64,000 nt of DNA from Thermodesulfobacteriota bacterium (GCA_965206175.1 CBDBJA010000004.1:82414-146413); one strand, 5' to 3'. Counted from the first letter of the stretch, positions 1-10,271 are shown. Translations and numbers: made by a program. The notes: generated by a model not told the origin, from the letters alone.

Positions 1-1134
1 ATCTACACCGCTCTTGGAAGCGCTCTTATGCTGGGCGCAATTTTCTATCTTTACGGCGAACACACACAACAGTTCGGATACGCTTCAATGGCGATAGCGG
101 ATTTGCAAACCGTGTCCGCGCCTTTTGACGGACCGCTGAGTCCGCAGGGGCTTCTGTTTGCGGCGTTTTTTCTCGCTTTCGCAATAAAGGTTCCGATAGT
201 GCCTTTTCACACATGGCTGCCGGACGCCCATGTTGAAGCGCCCACCGCGGGCAGCGTTATCCTTGCCGGAATACTGTTGAAACTGGGAGTTTACGGAATG
301 TTGAGATTTCTGTTTCCGTTTTTCCCCGATGCGGCGGTGGCTTTTATGCCGTTTTTGTCCGGCATAGCGATTGCCGGGATAATTTACGGCGCAATGGTGG
401 CGTTTTCTCAGAAAGACCTGAAAAAACTTGTCGCATACTCAAGCGTGAGCCACATGGGAATCATAGTTCTGGGGATAACGCTTCCCAACATTCAGGGTGT
501 TCAGGGCGGCGTATTCCACATGCTGGCTCACGGAATTTCAACAAGCGCCCTGTTTCTTCTGGTCGGAATGATTTACGAAAGAAGGCACACAAAGAAAATA
601 AGCGAATTCGGCGGAATCGCATCGGCAATGCCGGTGTTTGCGATGTTTTTTGTTCTGTCCGCGTTTGCGTCAATCGGGCTTCCGCTGCTTAACGGGTTTG
701 TGGGAGAGTTTCTGGTTCTTCTCGGAGCGTTCGGAGAAAGTTACTGGTATGCGGCGCTGGGAGCGTCGGGAATGGTTCTCGGAGCGGTTTACATGCTGAA
801 AGCGGTTCAGAAAGTGTTTTTCGGACCTCTGGACAGAGAGGAAAACAAGCGGCTTTGCGATATAGGCGTAAGAGAGATAGCGGTGATTGCGCCAATGGCG
901 GCAATGATGATTTTTATGGGAGTTTATCCAAAGCCGTTTTTGTCGCGGCTTGAGACGGGAGCGGAAAAGTTTGTTTCCCGTTCGTCTGAAAAGGAGTCTA
1001 AAAAGGAAAAAAGGGCGGATAACAAAACCGCCGTTGCGGCGCGAAAACACAAACCGCCTTCCGGTGGTTTGTTACGGCAATCACATAAAAGTCCCGAAAT
1101 TACACGGGCGGAGGCAAGCAGCGATGGGCATTAA
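1..1134 (+). CDS. nuoM: NADH-quinone oxidoreductase subunit M (ND4/NuoM family), 5'-truncated by window edge
   Basis: Frame 1 is open from nt 1. It carries the NuoM-type signature FHTWLPDAHVEAPTAGSVILAGILLKLGVYG and many hydrophobic TM-like segments. It ends in a ~50-aa Lys/Arg/Ser-rich tail; stop at 1132-1134. Confidence 0.85.
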   Translation: MYTALGSALMLGAIFYLYGEHTQQFGYASMAIADLQTVSAPFDGPLSPQGLLFAAFFLAFAIKVPIVPFHTWLPDAHVEAPTAGSVILAGILLKLGVYGMLRFLFPFFPDAAVAFMPFLSGIAIAGIIYGAMVAFSQKDLKKLVAYSSVSHMGIIVLGITLPNIQGVQGGVFHMLAHGISTSALFLLVGMIYERRHTKKISEFGGIASAMPVFAMFFVLSAFASIGLPLLNGFVGEFLVLLGAFGESYWYAALGASGMVLGAVYMLKAVQKVFFGPLDREENKRLCDIGVREIAVIAPMAAMMIFMGVYPKPFLSRLETGAEKFVSRSSEKESKKEKRADNKTAVAARKHKPPSGGLLRQSHKSPEITRAEASSDGH

Positions 1135-1681
1135 AGACGCCATAACCGATATTCTGAAAGAGATTGGAGAAGACCCGAAAAGGGAAGGACTTGAGGGAAC
1201 TCCGGAGAGAATAGAAAAAATGTTCGGGGAGATAACGGTCGGTTATCGGCAGGATCCCTTTGAAATAGCACGGAAAGCGGTTTATAACATAGCGTATGAC
1301 GAAATGGTTGTTGTGAAAGACATAGAGTTCTACAGCCTCTGCGAGCACCACATGCTGCCATTTTTCGGAAGGTGTCATATCGCGTATATTCCAAACGGGA
1401 AAATTATTGGCTTGAGCAAAATACCGCGTATAGTTGAAGTGTTTTCAAGGCGGCTTCAAGTGCAGGAAAACATGACCGTTCAGATTGCCGAGTTTCTGAA
1501 GGAAGCGCTTTCGCCCAAGGGGGTGGCTGTGGTCGTAAAGGGATACCATCTTTGCATGGCGATGCGCGGAGTTGAGAAATCAAGTGCGAATATGATAACA
1601 AGCTCAATGAACGGGCTGTTCAGAAGCGATGAGCGGTCGCGGACGGAGTTTTTGAGTCTTATAAGAGAGAACAGTTTGTAA
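1124..1681 (+). CDS. folE: GTP cyclohydrolase I
   Basis: Starts at the internal ATG at 1124 (MGIKDAITDILKEIGEDPKREGL...). Motifs YSLCEHHMLPFFG and RRLQVQENMT are typical of FolE. Overlaps the nuoM 3' end by 11 nt. Confidence 0.9.
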   Translation: MGIKDAITDILKEIGEDPKREGLEGTPERIEKMFGEITVGYRQDPFEIARKAVYNIAYDEMVVVKDIEFYSLCEHHMLPFFGRCHIAYIPNGKIIGLSKIPRIVEVFSRRLQVQENMTVQIAEFLKEALSPKGVAVVVKGYHLCMAMRGVEKSSANMITSSMNGLFRSDERSRTEFLSLIRENSL

Positions 1682-3037
1682 TGACGAGCAGGGTTGTTGT
1701 TTTTGGAATAAGCCATAAAACCTCGCCGATTGAGGAGCGGGAAAGGATTTCTTTCGGCGGCGAATCTAAGACCGCCGAAGCTCTCCGCGCCCTTGCGTTA
1801 AAGCCGTCATTGAGCGAATGCGTAATACTTTCCACATGCAACAGGGTTGAGATATACGCGGTTTGCCAAAACGGTGAGCAGTGTTTTGACGACATATCAA
1901 GTTTTCTCCGCGAGTTCAACGGACAGATAGGGCGGGATTTTATTGAGGAGAAATTCTACTTCCTTGAAGGGTTTGACGCGATATGCCACATCTACGGAGT
2001 GGCGGCGGGAATGGACTCAATGGTCATCGGAGAGCCGCAAATTCTCGGACAGTTGAAACGCGCATACGAAACCGCGCTTGAAGCCCGGACGGTCGGAACC
2101 GCTCTTAATAAACTGTTTCAGAACGCTTTTTCCACGATAAAAAGGATAAAAAACGAAACAGGCATCGGCTCCCATACGGTTTCCGTCAGTTCGGTTGCGG
2201 TCAATCTTGCAAGAAACATCTTCGGCGAAATTGAGAAATGCTCCGTGATGGTCATAGGAACCGGAGAGGCGGCGGCGGAAGCGGCGGCTCAACTTGCCAA
2301 AAAGGGGAGCGGGAGAGATAAGAATCGCGGGCAGGAATGAAAAAGAAACGGCAAAACTCGCGTCTTCACTTGGCGGAAGCACAGTGAGGATTGGCGAGAC
2401 GGGGTTGTGGCTGAGAAAGACCGACATAGTGATTTCCGCAACCGGCTCCTCAAACTACATACTGAAGCCAAGCGATGTGCGCGATGCTGTGAAGCTGAGA
2501 AAAAACAAGCCAATCTCCCTTATTGATATAGCGTTCCCAAGAGACATAGACCCGAAAGTACGGGAAATTGAAAATGTGTTTCTCTACGATATGGATGACT
2601 TACAGAACATAGTTGATAGAAATCTTGACAAGTTGCGAAAGAGTCTTGACGAAGCAAAGGAGATTATAAAAGTCCGCGCCGAACAGTTTGTCCGCTGGCA
2701 GGATGGGCTCAAGGCGTTTTCCGCAATTGTTGAGCTCAGAAAGCAGACGGAGGAGATGGTCGGGGAAGAAATCCTGAAAACGATTGCAAAACTTGATTCC
2801 CTTGACCGGACGGGCGGTTGCGGTAAATCTGAAAGGGACGAGGCGCTCTGGTCTCTTTCTCGCAGAATAACGGGGAAATTTCTGCACAAACCCGTTACCG
2901 GACTGAAGAGAGAGGCGGCAAACTCTCCTTTGGAACGGGGCGCTTATGTGGAAGCGGTAAGAAATATTTTTGAACTGTCAGGAGAAAGTCGGGAAGAGTC
3001 TCCGGAAGATGAAAATCAGAATCGGAAGCAGGGGTAG
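1681..3037 (+). CDS. hemA: glutamyl-tRNA reductase, split by an apparent 1-nt insertion (fragments 1681..2340 and 2294..3037)
   Basis: The N-terminal fragment has VVFGISHKTSPIEERE and STCNRVEIY. The C-terminal fragment continues with AGEIRIAGRNEKETAKLA...ISATGS...LIDIAFPRDID. Deleting one base in the A5G4 run at 2299-2307 gives QLAKKGAGEIRIAGRN in one frame. The ATG overlaps the folE stop (TAATG). Confidence 0.85.
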
Positions 3038-3909
3038 TTCGCTCGCCGGAGTTCAAGCCGCCGGAGTGGGCAAGCTTCTGGCGGAAAAAATTCCCGAACT
3101 GAAAGCGGAGTTTGTGTTTATCAAAACTTCGGGGGACAGGGGGAACATGCCGATTTCAGATTCGGGAGGAAAGGGCGTTTTTGTCAAAGAAATAGAAGAG
3201 GCGCTTCTTAAAGGCGCGATTGACATCGCGGTTCACAGCATGAAAGACCTTCCCTCGGTTTTGCCGGACGGGTTGATTATAGGAGCGGTTCCGCAAAGGG
3301 AAGACCCGTCGGACTGCGTTATTTTCCCCGGCGGCGCGGACTGTTTTGAATCCCTCGGAAAAGGGGCGAAAATCGGGACGGGAAGTTTGAGAAGGGCAAG
3401 CCAGATTCTGGACATGCGCCCGGATGTTTCGGTTGAGCCGGTGCGCGGCAATGTGGAGACGAGAATTGCAAAGATGGATTCGGGAGAGTTTGACGCGCTT
3501 GTGCTTGCGACCGCAGCGCTCAACAGACTTGAACTGAAAAACAGAATAGGCCACAAGTTCAACCCGATGTCTTTTGTTCCCGCTCCGGGGCAGGGCGCTC
3601 TTGCGATTGAGTGCAGGGACGGAGACACGGAAATTGTTGAAATTGCAAAAACAATTGAATGCGCACAGTCGCGCCTGTGCGCTGAGGTTGAGAGGTCGTT
3701 TCTCCGAAAACTGGGCGGAGACTGCCAAATTCCGGCGGGATGTTATGCGAAAAAAAAACGGAGACAAAATAGAAGCGGTCGCAGTCATGGCATCGCCTGA
3801 CGGAGCGGAAATTTACAGGGAGAAAATTGAAGGTTCTGAAAAAGACGGAGCGGAAACGGGCGAAAGGATAGCCGAAAAAATTATGAAGCGGCAAAGCGCC
3901 GGGCATTGA
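3009..3909 (+). CDS. hemC: porphobilinogen deaminase (hydroxymethylbilane synthase), split by an apparent 1-nt insertion
   Basis: MKIRIGSRGSSLA...TSGD...GKGVFVKEIEEALL...AVHSMKDLP. The frame breaks at the A9 run (3750-3758). Removing one A joins ...GCYAKK to NGDKIEAVAVMASPDGAEIYREK... (frame of ORF 3574..3909). Confidence 0.85.
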
Positions 3910-3944
3910 CCGGGTGCGACAACAGTGTAGAGTTAAGGAACTAT

Positions 3945-4021
<77 letters not shown>

Positions 4022-4037
4022 AGCGGTTTTCCGGACG

Positions 4038-4235
4038 ATGTCTTTTGAAAAAAAACTTGAAAAAATAAAGAAAATCTCCGATTCCCTTGAAAACAAAGAA
4101 ATCCCCCTTGAAAAAATGATAGAGAGTTTTGAAACCGGCGTAAAGTTGATAGGGGAATGCCGCCGTATACTTGAAGAGACTGAGAAAAAAATAGAAGTGT
4201 TTGAAGAAAAAGATGAAAAAGGGAAGCGTCCCTGA
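4038..4235 (+). CDS. xseB: exodeoxyribonuclease VII small subunit
   Basis: 65-aa helical protein MSFEKKLEKIKKISDSLENKEIPLEKMIESFETGVKLIGECRRILEETEKKIE. It sits in the typical xseB-ispA arrangement. Confidence 0.8.
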   Translation: MSFEKKLEKIKKISDSLENKEIPLEKMIESFETGVKLIGECRRILEETEKKIEVFEEKDEKGKRP

Positions 4236-4239
4236 TTTA

Positions 4240-5073
4240 ATGAAACGCAATTTTTCCGAAATTGACCGATACATTGAAGACAAAAGAACCCAAGTCGGCA
4301 AACGGCTTGAAACCTACATCTCATCGGTTCGGGAAAAACATTCCGGGCTTGCGGACGCAGTCGCCCACGCTCTGAGAAACGGCAAGAAAATCAGACCGGC
4401 GCTCTGCATGGCGGCTTGCGAGTCGCTCGGCGGAAACATCAGTCGGGCAATGCCCGCGGCTTGTGCGATAGAGATGATTCACTCCTACTCGCTGATTCAT
4501 GACGACCTTCCGTCAATGGACAACGACGATACGAGAAGGGGGCTACCTTCAATCCACAAACTGTTCGGCGAAGCGACGGCGATACTTGCCGGAGACCTTT
4601 TGCTTACGGACTCTTTCGGTTTTCTCGTCTCGGAGGGAAGGGCGGCGGGTCTTCCCGACGGAGTGTTGGTGGAGATGGTTGGAATCATTTCCGATTCGGC
4701 GGGAAAATCCGGCATGGCGGTCGGACAGATGATGGACTTGGAAAATGAAAACCATACGGACAAAAATCCGGTTTCCGAAATCCATTCGCTTAAAACCGGC
4801 ATGTTGATTGAAGCAGCGGTAAAATGCGGGGCGATTGCCGCCGGAGCGGACAGCGGACGGGTTGAGATTCTTGCGAAATACGCAAAGGCGGTCGGGCTGG
4901 TTTTTCAAACTCTTGACGACATAATTGATTTTCGTGAAACCGGCTTGCAAACGGAAGCGAAGAAAAGGGCTGTTCAACTCACAAGCCAAGCGATAAAAAA
5001 ACTGGAAGCATTTGACGGAGAAAAAACGACGCTGATAAACCTTGCGCTCCGGCTTTGCGAACGCACGGCTTGA
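4240..5073 (+). CDS. ispA: polyprenyl (farnesyl/geranylgeranyl) diphosphate synthase
   Basis: First and second Asp-rich motifs are present (LIHDDLPSMDNDDTRRG and FQTLDDIID). The start is ambiguous: in-frame TTG 4201, ATG 4213 or ATG 4240. Confidence 0.85.
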   Translation: MKRNFSEIDRYIEDKRTQVGKRLETYISSVREKHSGLADAVAHALRNGKKIRPALCMAACESLGGNISRAMPAACAIEMIHSYSLIHDDLPSMDNDDTRRGLPSIHKLFGEATAILAGDLLLTDSFGFLVSEGRAAGLPDGVLVEMVGIISDSAGKSGMAVGQMMDLENENHTDKNPVSEIHSLKTGMLIEAAVKCGAIAAGADSGRVEILAKYAKAVGLVFQTLDDIIDFRETGLQTEAKKRAVQLTSQAIKKLEAFDGEKTTLINLALRLCERTA

Positions 5074-5081
5074 GCGACAAG

Positions 5082-5729
5082 TTATTTTTTCTTTTTCCAA
5101 TCCGCAAGAAATCTTTCAAGTCCAATATCCGAAAGCGGATGCTTGAACATCTGCATCAGAACCTTGTAGGGAAGGGTTACCACATCCGCGGCGACAAGGG
5201 CGGACTCAACAACATGCATCGGATGACGCACGCTTGCCACAAGAACCTCCGTGCGGAAATCGTAGTTCTCAAATATCCGGCTTATGTCTTCAACAAGACT
5301 CATTCCGAAAGAGGAGACATCGTCCAGCCGTCCGATGAAAGGGCTCACATAAGCCGCCCCCGCTTTTGCCGCAAGCAGCGCCTGAGACGCCGTGAAAATC
5401 AGAGTCACATTTACGTTGATCCCCTCGGATGAAACCGTTTTTGTGGCTTTGATGCCGTTTTCCGTAAGGGGCATTTTTACCACGACAAAGTCGTCTATTT
5501 TTGCGAGCAAACGCGCCTCGGAGACCATTTTCTTGTAGTCGGTTGAAATAACCTCCGCGCTCACCGGACCCCGCACAACGCGGCATATCTGCCTGACCAA
5601 ATCGGCAAACTCTTTCTGTCCGCCCTCATTGGAAACCAAACTTGGATTTGTCGTAACGCCGTCTATGACGCCGAGAGAAGCGGCGTCCTTTATCTCTTTC
5701 AGGTTGGCGGAATCAAGAAAAATTTTCAT
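5082..5729 (-). CDS. tal: transaldolase-family protein (fructose-6-phosphate aldolase / type 3B transaldolase)
   Basis: MKIFLDSANLKEIKDAASLGVIDGVTTNPSLV... and VVVKMPLT are typical of the short Tal/Fsa family. The ATG is at 5729. Confidence 0.85.
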   Translation of the reverse strand: MKIFLDSANLKEIKDAASLGVIDGVTTNPSLVSNEGGQKEFADLVRQICRVVRGPVSAEVISTDYKKMVSEARLLAKIDDFVVVKMPLTENGIKATKTVSSEGINVNVTLIFTASQALLAAKAGAAYVSPFIGRLDDVSSFGMSLVEDISRIFENYDFRTEVLVASVRHPMHVVESALVAADVVTLPYKVLMQMFKHPLSDIGLERFLADWKKKK

Positions 5730-5859
5730 GCGGTTTTCTCTGCGCGACACAATCTACCACAAAATCGCCGAAGTTGCATACCGGTCTGCGGTTTCTTGAC
5801 AAAACGCTCTTATAACAGCATACTGTGCGGACTTTACCAATCGGGAGACGGACTTAACA

Positions 5860-6193
5860 ATGGCGTTGCGCATCAAATCGGCTAAGAAAAAACACAGGCA
5901 GAGCCTTAAAAAAAGACTGAGAAACAGATTTGTCAAATCCTCTTTGAGAACCATGACAAAAGGTTTCCTCGCCGCAGTTGAGTCAAAAGACTCTTCAACC
6001 GCAAGTTCCATCTTCCCGAATCTGGTTTCCGCTTTTGACAAGGCGGCTTCAAAAGGCGTTCTTCACAAAAAAAAACGCGTCAAAAAATGTGGCGAGAATG
6101 TCGCGCAAACTTCATATGCTTTCTTCCGAGCCAACCCCTCCGCCACCGACAACCCCTCCGCAAGAAAGCGCTACCGCTCCGCAAACAGATTGA
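5860..6193 (+). CDS. rpsT: 30S ribosomal protein S20, split by an apparent 1-nt insertion
   Basis: MALRIKSAKKKHRQSLKKRLRNRFVKSSLRT... Removing one A from the A9 run at 6067-6075 gives ...GVLHKKNASKNVARMSRKL..., which ends in a Pro/Thr-rich tail with a stop at 6193. Confidence 0.8.
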
Positions 6194-7148
6194 CGGTCAT
6201 TCTCACGAGCGTTTCATAACCGTTTGAACGCGATGTTTTAAGGGCTCTGTCCGTATCGGCGAAATTTTTCATAATACGCGCGGCATCGCTCCGCGCAAAA
6301 TTGCGGGACTGCTTCCACATAAAATGAGCCGCGCCGGGTTTGATTTTCAGTTCTTTTGCTATCAGTTTTTTCTGCTGTTCGGGGGAAATCCCCGGGGATT
6401 TTGACCTTACAGCCGCCGCTCTGAGGACATTTCGTATCCTTGAGGAAACGGCGGAAAGTATGAACAGCGGTTCAATCTGATTCTGCGCGGCAATCTCGCC
6501 GAGTATGGCAAGCGTTTCGGTTTTTTTCCTGTCCGCTATGGCGTTTGTCAATTCAAAAATGTCCCTTGATTTGCGGCGGTCAAACATGCCGGAGATGTCG
6601 TTTTGACTTATGACGGTTCCGGGACCGTGAGTTTCGGCGAGTTTGGCGAGTTCGCTTCTTATAACGCTCAGGTCTTCTCCGATAAGGTCGCAAAGGTAAG
6701 TTGAGGCGGCGTGGCGCATAACAATGCCCAGTTTGTCCGCCTCTTCAATCACTCTTTCATGAATTTTCCTTGAATCTTCCTCAACGCTTTTGACAAAAAT
6801 TCCTTCTCCGGATTTCAGGTCGGGTTTTGAAACATCCGCCGAAACAAGAACAAGGCGCGCATGAGACGCCGGTGAGAGGGCGTATTGTTTGACAAGTTCA
6901 AGCGATTTTTTGTCGACAGTTTCGGCGCGTTTGAGCACGACAACTTTTTTTGAGGAAAACATGGAAAGGTTGGAAGCATTGCTTATGACTTCCGCAATCG
7001 GCGTTTCATCGGCGTAAAAAACCGACACATCCGCCTGATTGCCGTCTCCGAGAAACTGTTTTGATATTTCCGCGACAAACCTGTCGGCGAGAAGCGTCTG
7101 CGCTCCTCTGACAAGACAGACGGGAGAGTTGACGGCTTCGGATTTCAA
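6171..7148 (-). CDS. holA: DNA polymerase III subunit delta
   Basis: N-terminal pattern VCLVRG...LLADRF...VSVFYADE...[17 protein letters not shown] fits HolA. The TTG start overlaps the ndk stop (TTGA). Confidence 0.7.
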   Translation of the reverse strand: MKSEAVNSPVCLVRGAQTLLADRFVAEISKQFLGDGNQADVSVFYADETPIAEVISNASNLSMFSSKKVVVLKRAETVDKKSLELVKQYALSPASHARLVLVSADVSKPDLKSGEGIFVKSVEEDSRKIHERVIEEADKLGIVMRHAASTYLCDLIGEDLSVIRSELAKLAETHGPGTVISQNDISGMFDRRKSRDIFELTNAIADRKKTETLAILGEIAAQNQIEPLFILSAVSSRIRNVLRAAAVRSKSPGISPEQQKKLIAKELKIKPGAAHFMWKQSRNFARSDAARIMKNFADTDRALKTSRSNGYETLVRMTVNLFAER

Positions 7149-7567
7149 GATAGTCGCCGGATTTCAAGGGAGTTGAAAAAATATCCAATCTCTCTCACGG
7201 CGGATTCCGGACTGTCCGAACCGTGAACCGTGTTTTTTTCAATGCTTTCCGCGTAAAGTTTTCTTATGGTTCCTTCCTGTGCTTCGGCGGGGTTTGTCGC
7301 CCCCATAATTTTTCTCACTTTCATTATCGCCCCGTCACCCTCAAGCGCCATCACAACGCACGCGCCCGATGACATGTATTCGGTCAGGCTTGAAAAAAAC
7401 GGTTTTTCCGAGTGCTCGGCGTAAAACCCTTCCGCCTGTTTTTTTGTCATCCGAATCATCTTCAGGGCAATGACGGAAACGCCCGCTTCCTCAAACATTG
7501 AGATCACTTTCCCCGTAAGGTCTCTTGATGTGCCGTCCGGCTTGACTATTGACAGTGTCCGTTCCAT
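7145..7567 (-). CDS. ndk: nucleoside-diphosphate kinase
   Basis: [12 protein letters not shown]...[11 protein letters not shown]...IMGATNP...GTIRKLYA...NTVHGSD; the ATG is at 7567. Confidence 0.95.
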   Translation of the reverse strand: MERTLSIVKPDGTSRDLTGKVISMFEEAGVSVIALKMIRMTKKQAEGFYAEHSEKPFFSSLTEYMSSGACVVMALEGDGAIMKVRKIMGATNPAEAQEGTIRKLYAESIEKNTVHGSDSPESAVREIGYFFNSLEIRRLS

Positions 7568-7722
7568 TTGCGCCCTCCGCAAGACAAAAATTTTGTGATA
7601 TTATCTTAACTGAAAGCCGCGCTGTCAAACGCGCCCGGAATGTTTTTCCGCTTGACTGCGGAGTCCGGCGGTTGTAGGTTTTGCTTTTCCCGAACCAAAG
7701 AAACTCAAAGGAGAACACAAAG

Positions 7723-8313
7723 TTGGAACAAAAATTTATCATCCCGCACGAGCATTACATAACAAAGCATGACAGGAGAAAAGCGAACGGGCACGGTTCC
7801 GTTGTCGTATGGTTCACCGGACTTCCCTCATCGGGGAAATCAACGCTTGCAAACGAGGTTGAGAAAAACCTCATGAAAGAGGGGCTAAAAACCTACATAC
7901 TGGACGGAGACAACATAAGAACGGGGCTGTGCAAAGGGCTCGGCTTTTCCGAGGAAGACCGCGCCGAAAACATTAGAAGAATCGGGGAAGTTTCCAAACT
8001 TTTTGTTGACGCCGGAGTGGTAACTCTTTCCGCATTTGTCTCGCCCTACCGAAAAGACAGGGACGGCGTAAGGAACCTGTTTGAGAAAGAAGAGTTTGTT
8101 GAGGTTTTTGTGCGCTGTCCGGTCGGGGAATGCGAAAAAAGAGATGTGAAAGGGCTTTACAAAAAAGCAAGAGCCGGCGAAATCAAAGGATTTACGGGCA
8201 TTGACGACCCTTACGAAGAGCCCGAAAATCCGGAAATTGTAGTTGATACGGACAGGGAAAGTTTGAAAGAATCGGCGGATAAAATCCTCTCATACCTGAA
8301 AAACAGAATTTAG
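7723..8313 (+). CDS. cysC: adenylyl-sulfate kinase
   Basis: P-loop GLPSSGKST and YILDGDNIRTGL..GLGFSEEDRAENIRR...SAFVSPY. The likely TTG start at 7723 follows AAGGAG. Confidence 0.9.
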   Translation: MEQKFIIPHEHYITKHDRRKANGHGSVVVWFTGLPSSGKSTLANEVEKNLMKEGLKTYILDGDNIRTGLCKGLGFSEEDRAENIRRIGEVSKLFVDAGVVTLSAFVSPYRKDRDGVRNLFEKEEFVEVFVRCPVGECEKRDVKGLYKKARAGEIKGFTGIDDPYEEPENPEIVVDTDRESLKESADKILSYLKNRI

Positions 8314-8420
8314 AGTCCGGTGAAAAATCCCGACAAACCGTTCCGGCGTCCTTTAATATCCGGCGCTCATACCCTCTTGCCATTGAACGCTCTCCGTATT
8401 ATTCTACCGCCGGTTTAACT

Positions 8421-9693
8421 ATGGTGGAAAACAACCCCTCAACCCTTTCCATTATGGCGGAAATCGCCTCCGAAGCAAAAGAGGCGGCGACCGTTTTGTC
8501 CGTCCTTGATTCTTCAACAAAAAACAAAGCGTTGAAAAAAAATTGCCACGGAACTGATAAAAAGACGGGAAGACATATTCAAGGAGAACCGCATCGACAT
8601 AGCCGAAGCGGAAAAGAAAAAAACGCCGCCCGCTTTTATTGACCGGCTTGTTTTTGACCGCAAGGCGGTGGAAAAGATGTCTCAGGGCATCGCCGAGGTT
8701 GCGGAACTTGAAGACCCTGTGGGAGAAATTGTTCCGTTTGGAAAAAGACCCAACGGACTTGTGGTGGAAAAAATGAGAATCCCCCTCGGCGTGATAGGGA
8801 TAGTTTACGAATCAAGGCCGAATGTTACGGGCGATGCGGCGGCTCTCTGCCTAAAATCCGGCAACGCCGTAATTCTGAGAGGCGGCTCGGAATCCCTGCG
8901 CTCAAATATAGCCATAGGTCGCATTATACGAGACTGCCTGTCGGATTCGGGCGTTCATCCCGGCGCGGTGAATGTGGTTCCCGATGCCGACAGAAAACTG
9001 GTTCTGGAAATGCTCAAACTTGAGGGAAAGATAGACCTGATAATTCCCAGAGGCGGCGAGCGGCTTATCAGGTTTGTTACGGAAAATTCCGCGATACCGG
9101 TTCTGAAGCACTACAAGGGGGTCTGCCATATATTTGTGGACGAATCCGCGAAAACCGACATGGCGGTTGATGTCTGTGTTAACGCCAAGGTTCAGCGTCC
9201 GGGGGTTTGCAATGCGATGGAAACCATGCTTGTTCACAAAAAAATCGCGGCGAAGTTTCTGCCCGCCGTTGTCGGGGAAATGAAGAAAAACGGAGTTCTG
9301 CTCAAAGGGTGTCCGCAAACGCTCTCGTTTGTTTCGGACGCCGAGCCCGCGTCCGAACGGGACTGGGAAACCGAGCATCTGGCGCTCATTCTCAATGTGC
9401 GCGTTGTGAAAGATATTGACGAGGCGGTGGCTCATATAGACAGATACGGCTCAATGCACACGGACGCGATTATCACCGAAAACAAAAACAACGCGGAATA
9501 TTTTCTGCGGCGGGTTGAGTCGTCCGCCGTGATGCACAATGTTTCAACGCGGTTTAACGATGGTTTTGAGTTTGGAATGGGAGCGGAGATTGGGATCAGC
9601 ACCACAAAGATTCACGCTTTCGGACCGATGGGGCTCAGGGAACTGACTTCGGAAAAATTTGTCGTCCGAGGCGGGGGGCAGACAAGAAAATAA
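8421..9693 (+). CDS. proA: gamma-glutamyl phosphate reductase, split by an apparent 1-nt insertion (fragments 8421..8642 and 8668..9693)
   Basis: Removing one A from the A8 run at 8535-8542 gives ...KNKALKKIATELIKRREDIFKENRIDIAEAEKK...AFIDRLVFD...GIAEVAELEDPVGE. Downstream motifs are IGIVYESRPNVT, AVILRGG and CNAMETMLVH. Confidence 0.9.
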
Positions 9694-9710
9694 AATCCGG
9701 CAAACGGCCG

Positions 9711-10271
9711 TCAGTTGTTTGACTGCATATAAGAAGAAAAAACCACCGCCGCCACTACGGTCGTCCACAAACCTTTTTTGTCCCCGAAAGCCGTCTGAGT
9801 CACATTTTTCGTTTTCACATTGTGTCCGCTTATCTTCCAAATATCTTTCTGTTCATCGTAACTTTTATCCAGATTGAAAGGCGCGCCCAGAGTGGTCGCA
9901 AGCATATAGGCGGCAAGGTCTTCGGCGTATTCCCCAGCCTGGGAACTTTTCTGTCCGAAACCGTGGTGTTCGGATATGTAACCGAATCTGTTTTTATCGT
10001 TCGGTATCGCAATGCCGGTGGAAGCCGCTATAAGCCGGTTCGGCTCATCGGTTGAGTTTTCGCTCATCACAACATTAACCACCTGTCCGGCGGAAAGAAA
10101 ACTGACGCCTTTTGAGCGCGACACAAGGTTGCAGTGGGGCGGAAATATGCTTGAGACTTTAACCAGATTGAACTGCGCTATTGAGGCGTCCCTCAAAGCC
10201 ATCTCAAAACTGGCAAGTTTCTCCTTGCTTCTCCCAATTCCTTTTGTAACAAAAGCGGTTGTCGGAACCAT
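9711..10271 (-). CDS. pdaD: pyruvoyl-dependent arginine decarboxylase
   Basis: MVPTTAFVTKGIG...FEMALRDASIAQFNLVKVSSIFPP (the SS self-cleavage-site region) resembles PdaD family proteins. Confidence 0.75.
   Translation of the reverse strand: MVPTTAFVTKGIGRSKEKLASFEMALRDASIAQFNLVKVSSIFPPHCNLVSRSKGVSFLSAGQVVNVVMSENSTDEPNRLIAASTGIAIPNDKNRFGYISEHHGFGQKSSQAGEYAEDLAAYMLATTLGAPFNLDKSYDEQKDIWKISGHNVKTKNVTQTAFGDKKGLWTTVVAAVVFSSYMQSNN

Noticed and set aside
3574-3909. A 111-aa ORF that could be read as a separate small gene after hemC.
   Set aside because: Its C-terminal 50 aa are the missing HemC C-terminal domain. It is explained by the A9 frameshift.
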